From: the human T2T-CHM13v2.0 reference genome, Homo sapiens
Length of the DNA: 64,000 bases
Direction: 5' to 3'
NCBI GenBank assembly: GCA_009914755.4
Contig: CP068257.2
Span: forward strand, 2,080,001 to 2,144,000
The notes under the pieces were generated by a model that was given only the letters and a program-made list of their open reading frames with translations, ran no database searches and had not been told where the DNA came from. The position numbers were made by a program, and so were the translations under genes. The stretch's first letter is position 1. Each line of letters starts with the position of its first letter. Positions 26,295 to 39,360 of the stretch are shown one piece after another.

Positions 26295-28650
26295 GGGTGT
26301 TGAGATTGTGCCATTGTGCTACAGCCTGTGTGACAGAGGGAGATCCTGTATAAAGAAAGGTGTGGATTTGGATGGAGTGGAGTGGAATGGAGAGGAACGG
26401 AGTGGTGTGGAGTGGAATGGAGGGGAGTGGAGTGCAGTGGAGTGGAATGGATGGGAGTGGAGTGCAGTGGAGTGGAATGGAGAGGAATGGAGTGGTGTGG
26501 ATTGGAATGGAGTGGAGTGGAGTGGAGTGGAGTGGAATGGAGTGGAGTGGACTGGAGTGGAGTGGAGTGGAATGGAGTGGAGTGGACTGGAGTGGAGTGG
26601 AGTGGAATGGAGTTCAGTGGGGTGGGGTGGAGTGGAATGGAGTAGAAAGGAATGGAGTGGAGTGTGGTGGAGTGGAGTGGAGTGGAGTTTAATGGAATGG
26701 ATTGGAGTGGAATGGAATAGAATGGAGTGGAGTGGAATGGATTGGAGTGTTGTGGATTGGAGAGAAGTGGAATGGCATGGAGTGGAATGGAATGGCATGG
26801 AGTGGAGTAGAGAGGAGTGGAGAGGACTAAAGTGGAGTGGAATGGAATGGAGTGGAATGAAGTGGAATGTAGTGCAGTGCAGTGGAGAGTAGTGGAATGG
26901 ACAGGAATGGAATCTTATGTAATGGAATGTAGTGGAGTGGAGTGGAATGGAGTGGAGTGGAGTGCGGTGGAACAGAATGGAACGGAATAGAGTGCAACGG
27001 AATGGAACAGAACGGGTGCTGAGATTGTGCCACTGCGCTACAGCCTGTGTGACGGAGGGAGATCCTGTCGAATAAAAGGAGTGGAATGGGATGGAGTGGA
27101 GTGCAGTGGAGTGGTGTGGAGTGGAGTGGAATGGAATGGAATAGAATGGAATGAAATGTGTGCTGAGATTGTGCCACTGCACAACACCCTGTTTGACAGA
27201 AGGAGACCCTGTCGAAAGAAAGGAGTGGAATGGGTTGGAGTGCAGTGTAGTGTAGTGGAGTGTAGTGGAATGGAGTGGAGTGGAGTGGAATGGAGTGGAG
27301 TGGAGTGGAATGGAGTGGAATTCAGTGGAGTGGATTGTAATGGAGTGGAGTGGAGTGGAATCGAGTGGAGAAGAGTCGAATGGAATGGAGTGCAGTGAAA
27401 TGGAAAGAACGGGACTGTAGTGGAATGGAGTGGAGTGGAGTTGAATGGAATGGAATGGACTGGAGTGGAATGGAATGGAATGGTGCGTAATGGAATGGAC
27501 TGGAATGCAGTTGAATGGAATGGAGTGGAGTGGAACAAAATGGAATGGAAGGAACCAGAATGAAACGGAACAAAATGTGTGCTGAGATTGTGTCACTGTG
27601 CTACAGCCTGTGTGACAGAGGGAGGTCCTGTCGAAAGAAAGGAGTGAAATGGAATGGAATGGGGTGGAGTGGAGTGGAGTGGAGCAGAACGGAGTGGAGT
27701 GTAGTGGAGTGGAATGCAGTGGAGTGGAGTGGAATGGAGTGGAGAGGAGTGGATGGAGTGGAGTGGAGTGGAATGGAGTGGAATCGATTGGAATGGACTT
27801 GAGTGGAATGGAATGGACTGGAGTGGAATGGAATGGAATGGAGTGGAATGGAATGGAGTGAAGTGGAGTGGAATGGATTGCAGTGGAGTGGAGTGGAGAG
27901 GAATTGTGTGTAATGGAACAGGGTGGAGTGGAATGGAATGGAATGGAGTGGAGTGGAATTTACTGGAGTAGAGTGGTATGGACTAGAGTGGAATGGAATG
28001 GAATGGAGTGGAACGGAATGGAATGAGTGGAGTGGAGTGGAATGTCGTGGAGTGGAGTAGAATGGAGTGGAGTGGAATGGAATGCAACGGAATGAAGTTG
28101 AGTGGAATGGAATGGAGTGGTGTGGAGTAGACTTGAGTGAAACGGAAAGGAATGGAGTAGAATGCAATGGAATGGAAAGGAATAGGTGTTGAGATTGTGC
28201 CATTGCTCTACAGCCTGTGTGACAGAGGGAGAACCTGTCGAGCGAAAGGAGTGGAATGGGATGGAGTGGAGTGAAGTGGAGTGTAGTGGAGTGGAATGGA
28301 GAGGAACAGAGTGGTGTGGAGGGGAATGAAGTGGAGTGGAGTGGAATGGAGTGCAGTGGAGTGGGGTGGAGTGGAATTGAGTAGAAAGGAATGGAGTGGA
28401 GTGTGGTGGAATGGAGTGGAGTGGAGTTTAATGAAATGGATTGGAATGGAATGGAATGGAATGGAGTGGAGTGGAGTGGAGTGGAATGGATTGGAGTCGA
28501 GTGGAGTGGAGAGCAGTGGAATGGAGTGGAATGGAATGGAATGGAATGGAATGTAGTGGAATGGAATGGAATGGAATGGAATGTAGTGGAGTGGAATGGA
28601 ATGGAATGGAATGTAGTGGAATGGAATGGAATGGAATGGAATGTAGTGCA
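26295..28650. repeat. ~1.9 kb duplicated unit within the T1 sub-domain (2 copies)
   Basis: The T1 remnants at 26295 and 28185 are each followed by the same ~450 bp ('..ggagtggagtggaatggagaggaac(g/a)gagtggtgtgga..gagtagaaaggaatggagtggagtgtggtgga..gagtttaatg(g/a)aatggattgga'). The pseudo-ORFs repeat too ('SRKEWSGVWW.GVEWSLM.WIG(V/M)EWN' at 26248 and 28296). Confidence 0.65.
27014..27080 (+). mobile_element. Alu 3'-end remnant, T1 form (representative)
   Basis: 'gggtgctgagattgtgccactgcgctacagcctgtgtgacggagggagatcctgtcgaataaaagga'. Confidence 0.7.
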
Positions 28651-31600
28651 ATGGAATGGAATGGAATGGAATACAATGGAGTGGAGTGGAATGGAATGGT
28701 GTGGAGTGGAGCAGAAAGGAATGGAGTGGAACGGAATGAAGTGGAGTGGAGTTGAGTCGAATGGAGTGAAATGGAATGAACTGGAATGAAATGGAGAGGA
28801 GTGGAATGGAATGGATAGGCGCGGATTGGAGTAGAGTAGAATAGAATGGGATGGAATGAAATGGAGTGGAGGGGAGTGGAATTTAGTGGAGTGGAGTGGA
28901 ATTGAGTGGAGGGTAGTGGAGAGCAGTGGAATGGAATGGAATGGAATGGAATAGAATAGAATAAGTGCAGAGTTTGAGCCACTGCACTGCATCCTGTGTG
29001 ACAGAGGGAGATTCTGGCGAAAGAAAGAATTGGAATGGGAAGGAGTGTTGTGGATTGGAGTTCAGTGGAATGGAGTGGAATGGAGTGGAGTGGAGTGGAG
29101 TGGAATGGAGTGGAATGGAGTGGAATGGAATGGAATGGAATGGAGTGGAGTGGAATGAAACAGAATATAGTGGAATGGAGTGGAGTGGAATGTACTGGAG
29201 TGGAGTGGAATTGACTTGAGTGGAAATGATTGGAATGGAGTGGTGTGGAATGGATTGGAGTGTGGTGGAATAGAGTGGAGCGTAGTGGAGTGTAGTGGAG
29301 TTGAATGGAATGGAACGGAGTGGCGTGGAATTGAATGGAATGGAATGGAGTGGAATTTACTGGAACGGTGTGGAATGGGCTGGAGTTGAATGGAACGGAA
29401 CGGATTTTAAAGGAAAGGAATGGAGTGGAATGGAGTGTAGTGGAGTTGAGTGGAGTTGAATGGAGTGTAGTGGACTGGAGTGCAGTGGAGTCCAGTGTAA
29501 TGGAATGGAAATCTATGGACTGCAGTGGAATGAAATGCAGTGGTTTTGAGTGGAGTGTAGTGGAATAGAATGGAATGGAATGGAAAGGTGGAGTGGAGTG
29601 GAATTCAGTGGAGTGGATTGCAGTGGAATGGAACGGAATGGAATGCAATGTAGTGGAGTTGTTTAGAGTGGAGTGGATTGGAAAGGAATGGAAAGAAATG
29701 GAGTGGAATGGAGTGCAGTAGAGTTGAGAGGAGCGGAATGGATTGGAATGGAATCAGATGTAATGGAATGTGGTGGAGTTGAGTTGAGTGGAGTGGAACG
29801 GAATGGAAAGGAACAAAACATAATGGAACGGAATGGAATGTGTGCTGAGATTGTGCCACTGCGCTACAGCCTGTTTGACAGAGGGAGAGCCTGTTGAAAG
29901 AAAGGAGTGGAATGGGATTGGGTGGAGTGCGGTGGAGTGGAGTGGAGTGGAATGGAGTGGAGTGGAGTGGATTGGAGAGGAGTGGATGGAGTGGAGTGGA
30001 GTGGAATGGAATGGGGATAAGAGGAAAGGAATGTAGTGTAGTGGAATGGAAAGGCCTGAAGTGGAATGGAATGCAATGGAGTGGAATGGAATGGATTGGA
30101 GTGGAATGGAGTGGAGTGGAGTGGAATTGAGTGGAATGCAATGCAGTGGAGTGGAAGGGAATTAAATGGAATGGGGTATAATTGACTGGAATGGAGTGGA
30201 ATGGACTGGAGTGGAATGGATTAGAAAGGAGTGGACTGGAATGCAATGGAGTGGAGTGGAGAGGTGTGGAGAGGAGTGGATTGGAGTGCAATGGAGGGCA
30301 ATGGAGTGGAGTGTAGTCGAGTGGTGTGTAATGGAGTGTAGTAGAGTGGAATGGAATGGAGTGGGGTGGAGTGGAGTTGAGTGGAATGTAATATAATGGA
30401 ATGGAATAGAATAGAATGGAATGGAATGGGTGCTGCGATTGTGCCACTGCACTACAGTGTGACAGACGGAGATCCTGTCGAAAAAAAAGAGTGGAATGTG
30501 ATGGAGTGTAGCGGAGTGCAGTGAAGTGGAATGGAGTTGAGTGGAATGGATTGGAGTGGAGTGTAAAGGACTGGAGTGGAGTGGAATGGACTCGAGTGGA
30601 GTGGAGTGGACTGGAAAGAAATGGAATGGAATGAAATGGAATGGAATGCACTGGAATGGAATGGAATGGTGTGGAATGGAATGGGTGCTGAGATTGTGAC
30701 ACTGCACTGCAGCCTGTGTGACAGAGGGAGACCCTGTCGAATGAAAAGAGTGGAATGCGATGTAGTGGACTGGAGTGGATTGGAGTGGAGTGGAGTAGAA
30801 TGGAGTGGAGTGGAGTGCACTGGAGTTGAGTGGAGTAGAGTGGACTGGAATGGAATGGAATGGAGTGGAGTGTAATTGAATGAAGTGGTGTGGAAGAGAG
30901 TGGAGAGAAATGTAATGGAATGGAATGGAACTGAATGGAGAGGGGTGGAGTGGAGTGCAGTGCAATGTAATGTAATGTAATGGAATGGAATGGAAAGGAG
31001 TGGAGTGGAATGGAGTGCAATGGAATGGAGTGCAATGGATGAAGTGGAGTGGAGTGCAGTGGAGTGGAATGGAGTGGAATGAACTGGAATGGAATGGAGT
31101 GGAGTGGAATGGAATGGAGAGGTGTGAAGTGGAGTAGAGTGGAATGAAATGGAATGTAATAAAGTAGATTGGTGTGGAGTGGAATTGAGTGGAGTGCAGT
31201 GAAATGGAATGCAATGGAATGGAATGGAGTGGAGTTGAGTGGGGTGGAGTGGAAACGAATGGAGTGGAATGAAGTGCAGTGAAGTGGAGTGGAGCCAAAT
31301 GGAGTGGAATGGAATCCGATGTAATGGAATATAGTGGAGGGGAGTGCAGTGGAGTGGAAAGGAATGGAACGGAACAGAATGGAATGGAACGGAATGAAAT
31401 GTGTGCTGTAATCACGCCACTAAGCTACTGCCTGTGTGATAGAGGGAGATCCTGTCGAGAGAAAGGAGTATAATGGGATTGAGTGGAGTGGAGTGGAGTG
31501 GAATGGAGTGGAGAGGAGTGGAGTGATGTGGAATGGTGGGGAGTGGAGTTTAATGGATTAGAGTTGAGTGGAATGCAATGGAATGGAGAGGAGTGGAATG

Positions 31601-33387
31601 GGATGGAGTGGAGTGGAATGGACTGGAGCAGGGTGAAATGGACTGGAGTGGAATTGAATGGAATGGAGTGGAGTGGAATGGAAAGGAATGGAGTAGAATG
31701 GAGTGGAGTGGAGTGGAGTGCAATGGAGTGTGGTGGAATGCAATGGAGTATAGCGGAATAGAATGGAGTGGAGTGGAATTTACTGGAATGGAGTGGAATG
31801 GACTGGAGTCAACTGGAATGGAGTTGAGTGGAGTGGAATGGAGTTGAGTGGAGTGGAATGGAATGGAGTGGAGTGGAGTGGAATGGAATGGAGTGCAGTG
31901 GAGTGGAGTGGAGTGAAATGGAGTGGAGTGGAGTGCAATGGAGTGTGGTGGAATGCAATGGAGTGGAGTGGAATAGAATGGAGTGGAGTGGAATTCACTG
32001 GAATGGAGTGGAATGGACTGGAGTCGACTAGAATGGAGTTGAGTGGAATGGAATGGAGTTGAGTGGAGTGGAATGGAATGGAGTGGAGTGGAGTGGAGTG
32101 GAATGGAATAGAGTGGAGTGGAGTGGAGTGAAATGGAGTTGAATGGAATGGAATGGAATGAAATGGATACTTAGACTGTGCCACTGTGCTACAGCCTATG
32201 TGACAGTAGGGGAACCTGTCAAAAGAAAGGAGTGGAATGGGAAGGAGTGTAGTGGAGTGTTGTGGAGTGGAGTGGAGTGGAATTGGAGATTAATGTAACG
32301 GAGTGGAGTGGAATGGAATGGAATGGAGTGGAGTGGAATGGATTGGAGTGGAGTGGGGTGGAGAGCAGTGCAATGGAGTGGAGTGGAATGGAATGGAATG
32401 GAATGTAGTGGACTGGAATGGAATGGAGTTGCGTGGAGTGGAGTTCAGTGGAATTGAATGGAATGGAATGGAACTGAGTGGAATGGAATGGAATGGAATT
32501 GGTGCTGAGATTGTGCCACTGCTCTACAGCCTGTGTGATAGAGGGAGATTCTGTCGAAAGAAATAATTCTAATGGGAAGAAGTGGAGTGGATTGGAGTTG
32601 AGTGGAATGGAATGGAATTGACTGAAGTGAAATGGAATGGAATGAATGGTAAAGGAATAGAATGGAGTGGAGTGTGGTGGAATGGAATGGAGTGTAGTGA
32701 AGTGCAGTGCAGTTGAGTGGAATGGAATGGAGTGGAGTGAAATGGAGTGGAAAGGAGTTGAGTGCAATTTACTTGAAAGGAGTGGAATGGAATGGAGTGG
32801 AATGGAAACACAAGGAGTTGAATGGCGTGTAGTGGAGTGGAGTGGAGTGGAGTGGAATGGAATAGAGTGGAGTGGAGTGGAGTGAAATGGAGTGGAATGG
32901 AATGGAATGGAATGAAATGGATACTTAGATTTTGCCACTGCACTACAGCCTGTGTGACAGAGGGAGATCCTGTCAAAAGAAAGAATTGTAATAGGAAGGA
33001 GTGGAGTGGATTGGAGTTGAGTGAAATGGAGTGGAATGGAACGGAGTGGAGTGGAGTGGAGTTGAATGGAATGGGGTGGAGTGGAATGGAGTTGAGTGGA
33101 ATGGAGTGGAATGGAATCTGATGGAATGGAATGGAATGGAATGGAATGGAATGGAATGGAATGGATTATGGTGGAGTGGAGTGGATTGGAGTGGACTAGA
33201 ATGGATTGGAGTGCAATGAAATGGGATGGAATGGAATGCCATCGAGTGCAGTGGAGTGGAGTGGACTGGAGTGGCGGAGAGTGGAACGGAGTCGAGTGGA
33301 ATAGAATGGAGTGGAATAGAATGGAATGGAATGCAATGGAATGGAATGCAAAGGAATGGAATGCAATGGAATAGAATGGAATGGAAT

Positions 33388-33465
33388 GGTGAAATGAAAT
33401 GTGAGCCGAATTTGTGCCACAGCAAGCCAGCCTGGGTGACAGAGTGAGATGCTGTTGAAAGAAAG
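33388..33465 (+). mobile_element. First Alu 3'-end remnant of T2 form (the 'cgccagcc...gatgctgt' signature subunit)
   Basis: 'ggtgaaatgaaatgtgagccgaatttgtgccacagcaagccagcctgggtgacagagtgagatgctgttgaaagaaag'. Confidence 0.75.
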
Positions 33466-36400
33466 AAATGGAATGGAATGGAGTGGAGTGGAGCGGTGTG
33501 GAGTGGAGTGGTGTGGAGTGGAATGGAATGGGATGGACTGTAATGGAATGGAGTGCAGTGGAGTGGAGTGGCAGAGAGTGGAATGGAGTCACGTGGAATG
33601 GAATGGAATGGAATGGAGTGGAATGGAGTGGAATAGAATGGAAAGGAGTGGAGTGCAGTGGAGTGGAGTGGAGTAAAGTGCAGTGGAGTGGAGTGGAGTG
33701 GAATGGAATGGAATGGATTAGTGAAATGAAATGTAAGCTGAGATTCTGCCACAGTACTCCAGAAAGGGCGACAGAGTGACATCCTGTCGAATGTAAGGAA
33801 AGTAATTGAGTGGATTGGAATGGAATGGAGTGTAGTGGAGTGGATAGGAGTGTAGTGGAGTGGAATGGAGTGGAGAGGAATGGAATGGAAGGGAGTGGAG
33901 AGGAGTGAACGGGAGTGTAGAGGAATGTAATGGGATGGAATCCAATGGAATGAAATGGAGGGGAGTGGAGTGGAGTGTTGGGGAGAGGAATGGAGTGGTA
34001 TGGAATTGGATGGAATTGAATGTAGTGGAGTGGAGTGGCATGGAGAGGAGTGGAGTAGACTGGAGTGGAATGGCACGAAATTGAATGGAGTGGAGCCGAG
34101 TGGAGTGGAGTGGAGTGCAGTGGAGTGGAATGGAATATAGTGGAATGGAAATGAATGGAATGGAAAGGAATGTAATGGAATAGAGATGAATGATGAAATG
34201 AAATATGAGCTGAGATTGTAACACTGCACTCCAGCCAGTGTGACAGAGTGAAATACTGTCGAAAGAAAGGAATGGAATGGACAGGTGAAGAATGGAATGG
34301 AATGGAATGGAGTGGAGTGGAGTGCATTATATTGGATTGGAGTGGAATGGAAAGGGATGGAATGGGATGGAGTGGAGTGGAGTGGAGTTGAATGGAACGG
34401 TGTTGTATGGAATGGAATGGAATGGAATTGAATGGAATGCAGTGGAGTAGAGTGGAGTGGAATTCGCAGGAGTGGAATGGAAAGGCATGGAATGGAATTG
34501 AATGCGTTGCAATGGAATGGAATGCAATGGAATGGAATGGAATGCAATGGAATGGAATGGTGAAATGAAATGTGAGCTGAGATACTACCACTGCACTCCA
34601 GCCTGGGTGACACAGTGAGATCCTCTCAAAAGAGAGGAGAGGAATGGAATGGAATGGAGTGAAATGTAATGGAATGGAATGGAATGAAATGGAATGGAAT
34701 GGAATGGCATGGAATGGAATGGAGTGGAGTGGAGTGGAATGAAATAGAATGGAGTGGAATGGAATGGGATGGAGTGGAAAGAATGGAGTGGAGGTGAGTG
34801 GAGTGGACGGGAGTGGAGTGGAGAGAAATGGAGTGAAATGGAATGGGATGGAATGGAATGGAGTGGAGTGGATTGGAGTGAAGTGGAGTGGAGTGGAGTG
34901 GAGTTGACTGGAGTGGAGTGGAATGGAGTGGAATGCAATGGAATGGAATGGTATGGAATGGAACGGGGGAGGGGAGTGGAGTGGAGTGGAGTGGAATTGA
35001 GTGTAGTGGCACGGAATGGAATGGAAAGGAAAGGAATACAATGGAATGGTGAAATGAAATGTGAGCTGAGATTGTGCCCCTGTATTCCAGCCTTTTTTGA
35101 CACAGTGATATCCCGTCGAAAGGAGGGAATGGAATGGAATGCGGTGGAATGGAATGTGATGGAATTGAATGAAATGGAATGGAATGGGGTTTAATGGAAT
35201 GGAATGGAATGGAATGGAATGGAATGGAATGGAATGGAGAAATTAAATGTGAGCTAAGATTGTGCCACTGCACTCCAGTCTGGGTGACAGAGTGAGATCC
35301 ATTTCGAAATAATGGAATGGAATGGAATGGAGTAGAGTGGAATGACTGCAGCGGCGTGGAATGGAGTGGAGTGGCGTGGAGTGAAGTTGAGTGGAGTGGA
35401 GTGGAATGGAATTTAGGGGAATGGAATGGAATGGTGAAATGAAATGTGAGCTGGGATTTTGTAATTGCACTCCATTTTGGGTGACAGAGTGAGATCCTGT
35501 CGAAAGAAAATAATGGAATGAAATGGAGTGGAAAAGAATGGAATAGAATGGAGTGGAGTGGAGTGGAGTGGAGTGGAGTGGAATGGAATTTAGGGGAATG
35601 GAATGGAATGGAAGGGTAGGGAAGGGAATGGAATGGAAGGGAAGGGAATGGGGAAATGAAATGTGAGCTGACATTGTGGCACTGCACTCCAGCCTGGGTG
35701 ACAGAGTGAGATCCTGTCGAAAGAAAATATTGGAATGGAATGGAGTGCAATGTAATGGAATAGAGTAAAGTGGAGTGGAAAGGAGTGGGATGGAATGTGA
35801 TGGAATGAAATGGAGTGGAGTGGAGTAGAGTGAAACGGAATGGAGTGGAGTGCAGTGGAGTGGAGTGGAATTCATTGGAACGGAATGGAATGGAATGGAA
35901 AGGAATGTAACAGGTGCTGAGATTGTACTACTGTGCTACAGCCTGTGTGACAGAGGCAGATCCTGTCGAAAGATAGGCGTGGAATGGGTTGGAGCAGAGT
36001 GGAGTGGAGTCGAAGGGAGTGGAGTGGAGTGGACTGGAGTGGAATGGAATGGAGTGGAGTGGAATGGAATGGACTGGAGTGGAGTGGAATGGAATGAAGT
36101 GGAGTGGAATGGACTGGAGTGGAATGGAATGGAAAGAAGTGGAATGGAATGGAGTGGAGTGGAGTGGAATGGAGTGGAATGGAGTGGAGTGGAATGGAGT
36201 GGAGTGGAGTATAGTGGAGTGGAATGGAGTGGAGAGGAGTGCAGTGGAGTGGAATGGAGTGGAGTGGAGTGGTGTGGAGTGGAATGGAGTGGAGTGGAAT
36301 GGAATGGAATGCAATGCAATGCAGTGGAGTGGAGTGGAATGGAGTGGCGTGGAATGTAATGGAGTGGAGTGGAATGGAATGGACTGGAGTGGAGTGGAAT

Positions 36401-39289
36401 GGAATGGAGTGGAGTCGAATGGAATGGAGTGGAGTGGAATGGACTGGAGTGGAATGGAATGGAATGGAGTGAACGGAATGGAGTGGAGTGAAGTGGAGTG
36501 GAATGGATTGGAATGGAATGGAATGGAATGGAATTAAGTGGAGTGGAGCAGAGTGGAGTGGAAAGGAATGGAATGGAGTGGAATGGAGTGCAGTGAAGTG
36601 GAGAGAAGTGCAATGTAGTGAAATGGAATCGGATGTAATGGAATGTAGTACTGTGGAATGGAGTGAAGTGGAGCGAAATGGAATGGAACGGGACAGAACG
36701 GAATGGAACGGAACGGAATGGGTGCTGAGATTGTGCCACTGCACTACAGCCTGTGTGAAAGAGATACTTTAGAAAGAAAGGAGTGGAATGGGATAGAGGG
36801 GAGTGGAGTTTAGTGGAGGGGAATGGAGTGGAGTGGAATGGAGTGGAATGGAGTGGAGTGGAGTGAAATGGAGTGGAGTGGAGTGAAATGGAGTGAAGTG
36901 GAGTGGAATGGAGTGGAGTGGAATGGAGTGGAGTGGAGTGGAATTCAGTGGAATGGAGTGGAGTAGAATGGAATGCAATGGGATGGAATGGAATGGAATG
37001 GAATGGAGTCGTCTGGATTGGTGTGGAGTGGAGTGAAGTGGATTGAAGTGGAATGGAGCGGAATGGAATGGGATGGAATGGAATGGAATGAAGTGGAGTG
37101 GAGTGGGGCGGAGTGGAGTGCAGTGGAATGGAGCGGAATGGAATGGGACGGAGTGGAGAGGAGTGGAGCGCAGTAGAGTGAATAGGAGTGGAATGGAGTG
37201 GAATGGAAACGAATGTAATGGAATGTAGTGGAGTGGAGTGGAACGGAGTGGGATGGAATTGAATTGAATGGAATGGAATGGAATGGAATGGAATGCACTG
37301 GAATGCAATGGAATAGAATGCAATGAAATGGAAAGTTGACATGCAATGTGAGCTGAGATTGTGCCACTGTACTCCAGCCTCAGTGACACAATGATACCCT
37401 GTCAAAAGAAAGGAATGGAATGCAATGGAGTGAAATGGAATGTAATGGAGTGGAGTGGAGTGGAGTGGATTCGAGTGGAATGGAGTCGAATGGAATGGGA
37501 TGGAGTGGAATGGAGTGGAGTGGAGTGGAGTGGAGTGGAGTGAAATAGAGTGGAATGGAGTGGGATAGAATGGAATACAGTGGAATGGTGAAAAGAAATG
37601 TGAGCTGAGATTGTGCCACTGCACTCCAGTCTTTGTGACAGAGTGAGATCTTGTGGAAAAAAAGGAATAGAATGGAATAAAGAGGAATGGAATGGAAGGG
37701 AATGGAATGGAATGGAAGGGAGTGGATTGGAGTCGAGTGGAATGGAGTGGAATGGAATGTGATGGAATGGAATGGCAAGGATTATGGTGGAGTGGAGTGG
37801 ATTGGAGTGGAGTAGAGTGGAATGGAGTGGAATGAAATGGGATGGAATGGAATGCCATCGAGTGCAGTGGAGTGGAGAGGACTGGAGTGGCGGAGAGTGG
37901 AATGGAGTCGAGTGGAATAGAATGGAGTGGAATAGAATGGAATGGAATGCAATGGAATGGAATGCAAAGGAATGGAATGCAATGGAATAGAATGGAATAG
38001 AATGGAATAGAATGGTGAAATGAAATGTGAGCTGAATTTGTGCCACTGCACGCCAGCCTGGGTGACAGAGTGAGATGCTGTCGATAAAAGAAATGGAATG
38101 GAATGGAGTGGAGTGGAGCGGTGTGGAGTGGAGTGGTGTGGAGTGGAATGGAATGGGATGGACTGTAATGGAATGGAATGCAGTGGAGTGGCAGAGAGTG
38201 GAATGGAGTCGAGTGGAATGGAATGGAATGGAATGGAATGGAATGGAGTGGAATGGAGTGGAATGGAATGGAAATGAGTGGAGTAGAGTGGATTGCAGTG
38301 GAGTGGAGTGGAGTGTAATGGAATGGAATGGAATGGATTAGCGAAATGAAATGTAAGCTGAGATTCTGCCACTGTACTCCAGAATGGGTGACAGAGTGAC
38401 ATCCTGCCGAATTTAAGGAATGGAATGGAGTGGAGTGGAATGGAATGGAATGTAGTGGAGTGGATAGGAGTGGAATGGAGTGGAGAGGAATGGAATGGAA
38501 GGGAGTGGAGAGGAGTGGATGGGAGTGGAGTGGAATGGAATGGAATGGGATGAAATCCAATGGAATGAAATGGAGGGGAGTGGAGTGTTGGGGTGGAGTG
38601 GAATGGTATGGAATTGGATGGAATAGAATATAGTGGAGTGGAGTGGGATGGGGAGGAGTGGAGTAGAGTGGAGTGGAATGGAACGAAATTGAATGGAGTG
38701 GAGATGAGTGGAGTGGAGTGGAGTGGAGTGCAGTGGAGTGGAATGGAATATAGTGGAATGGAAATGAATGGAATGGAAAGGAATGTAACGGAATAGAATA
38801 GAATGATGAAATGAAATATGAACTGAGATTGTAACACTGCACTCCAGCTAGTGTGACAGAGTGAAATATTGTCGAAAGAAAGGAATGGAATGGACAGGTG
38901 TAGAATGGAATGGAATGGAGTGGAGTGGAGTGGATTATAGTGGAATGGAGTGGAATGGAATGGGATGGAATGTGATGGAATGGGATGGAGTGGAGTGGAA
39001 TGGAACGGTATGGTATGGTATGGAATGGAACGGAATGGAATGGAATGGAATGGAATGGAATGGAATGGAATGGAATGCAGTGGAGTGGAGTGGAGTGGAG
39101 TGGAGTTCGCAGGAGTTGAATGGAATGGGACGGAATGGAATTGAATGCATTGCAATGGAATGGAATGGAATGGAATGCAATGGAATGGAATGGAATGCAA
39201 TGGAATGGAATGGAATGGAATGCAATGGAATGGAATGGAATGGAATGGAATGGAATGGAATGGAATGGAATGGAATGGAATGGTGAAAT

Positions 39290-39360
39290 GAAATGTGATC
39301 TGAGATACTGCCACTGCACTCCAGCCTGGGTGACAGAGTGAGATCCTCTCGAAAGAGAGG
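39290..39360 (+). mobile_element. Alu 3'-end remnant, T2 form (representative, 'gatactgcc' signature)
   Basis: 'gtgaaatgaaatgtgatctgagatactgccactgcactccagcctgggtgacagagtgagatcctctcgaaagagagg'. The Alu consensus tail is '..GTGAGCCGAGATCGCGCCACTGCACTCCAGCCTGGGCGACAGAGCGAGACTCCGTCTCAAAA'. Every CpG of that consensus appears here as TpG. Confidence 0.8.

Larger units (their letters stand above)
25304..33164. repeat. HSat3 sub-domain B1: GGAAT array with embedded Alu-tail remnant, variant T1 (diverged form '..ctacagcctgtgtgacagagggagatcctgtcgaaagaaagga..'), irregular 0.15-1 kb spacing
   Basis: T1 remnants start at ~25304, 26295, 27014, 27157, 27577, 28185, 28965, 29838, 30425, 30690, 31398, 32170, 32503 and 32920. 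Confidence 0.8.
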
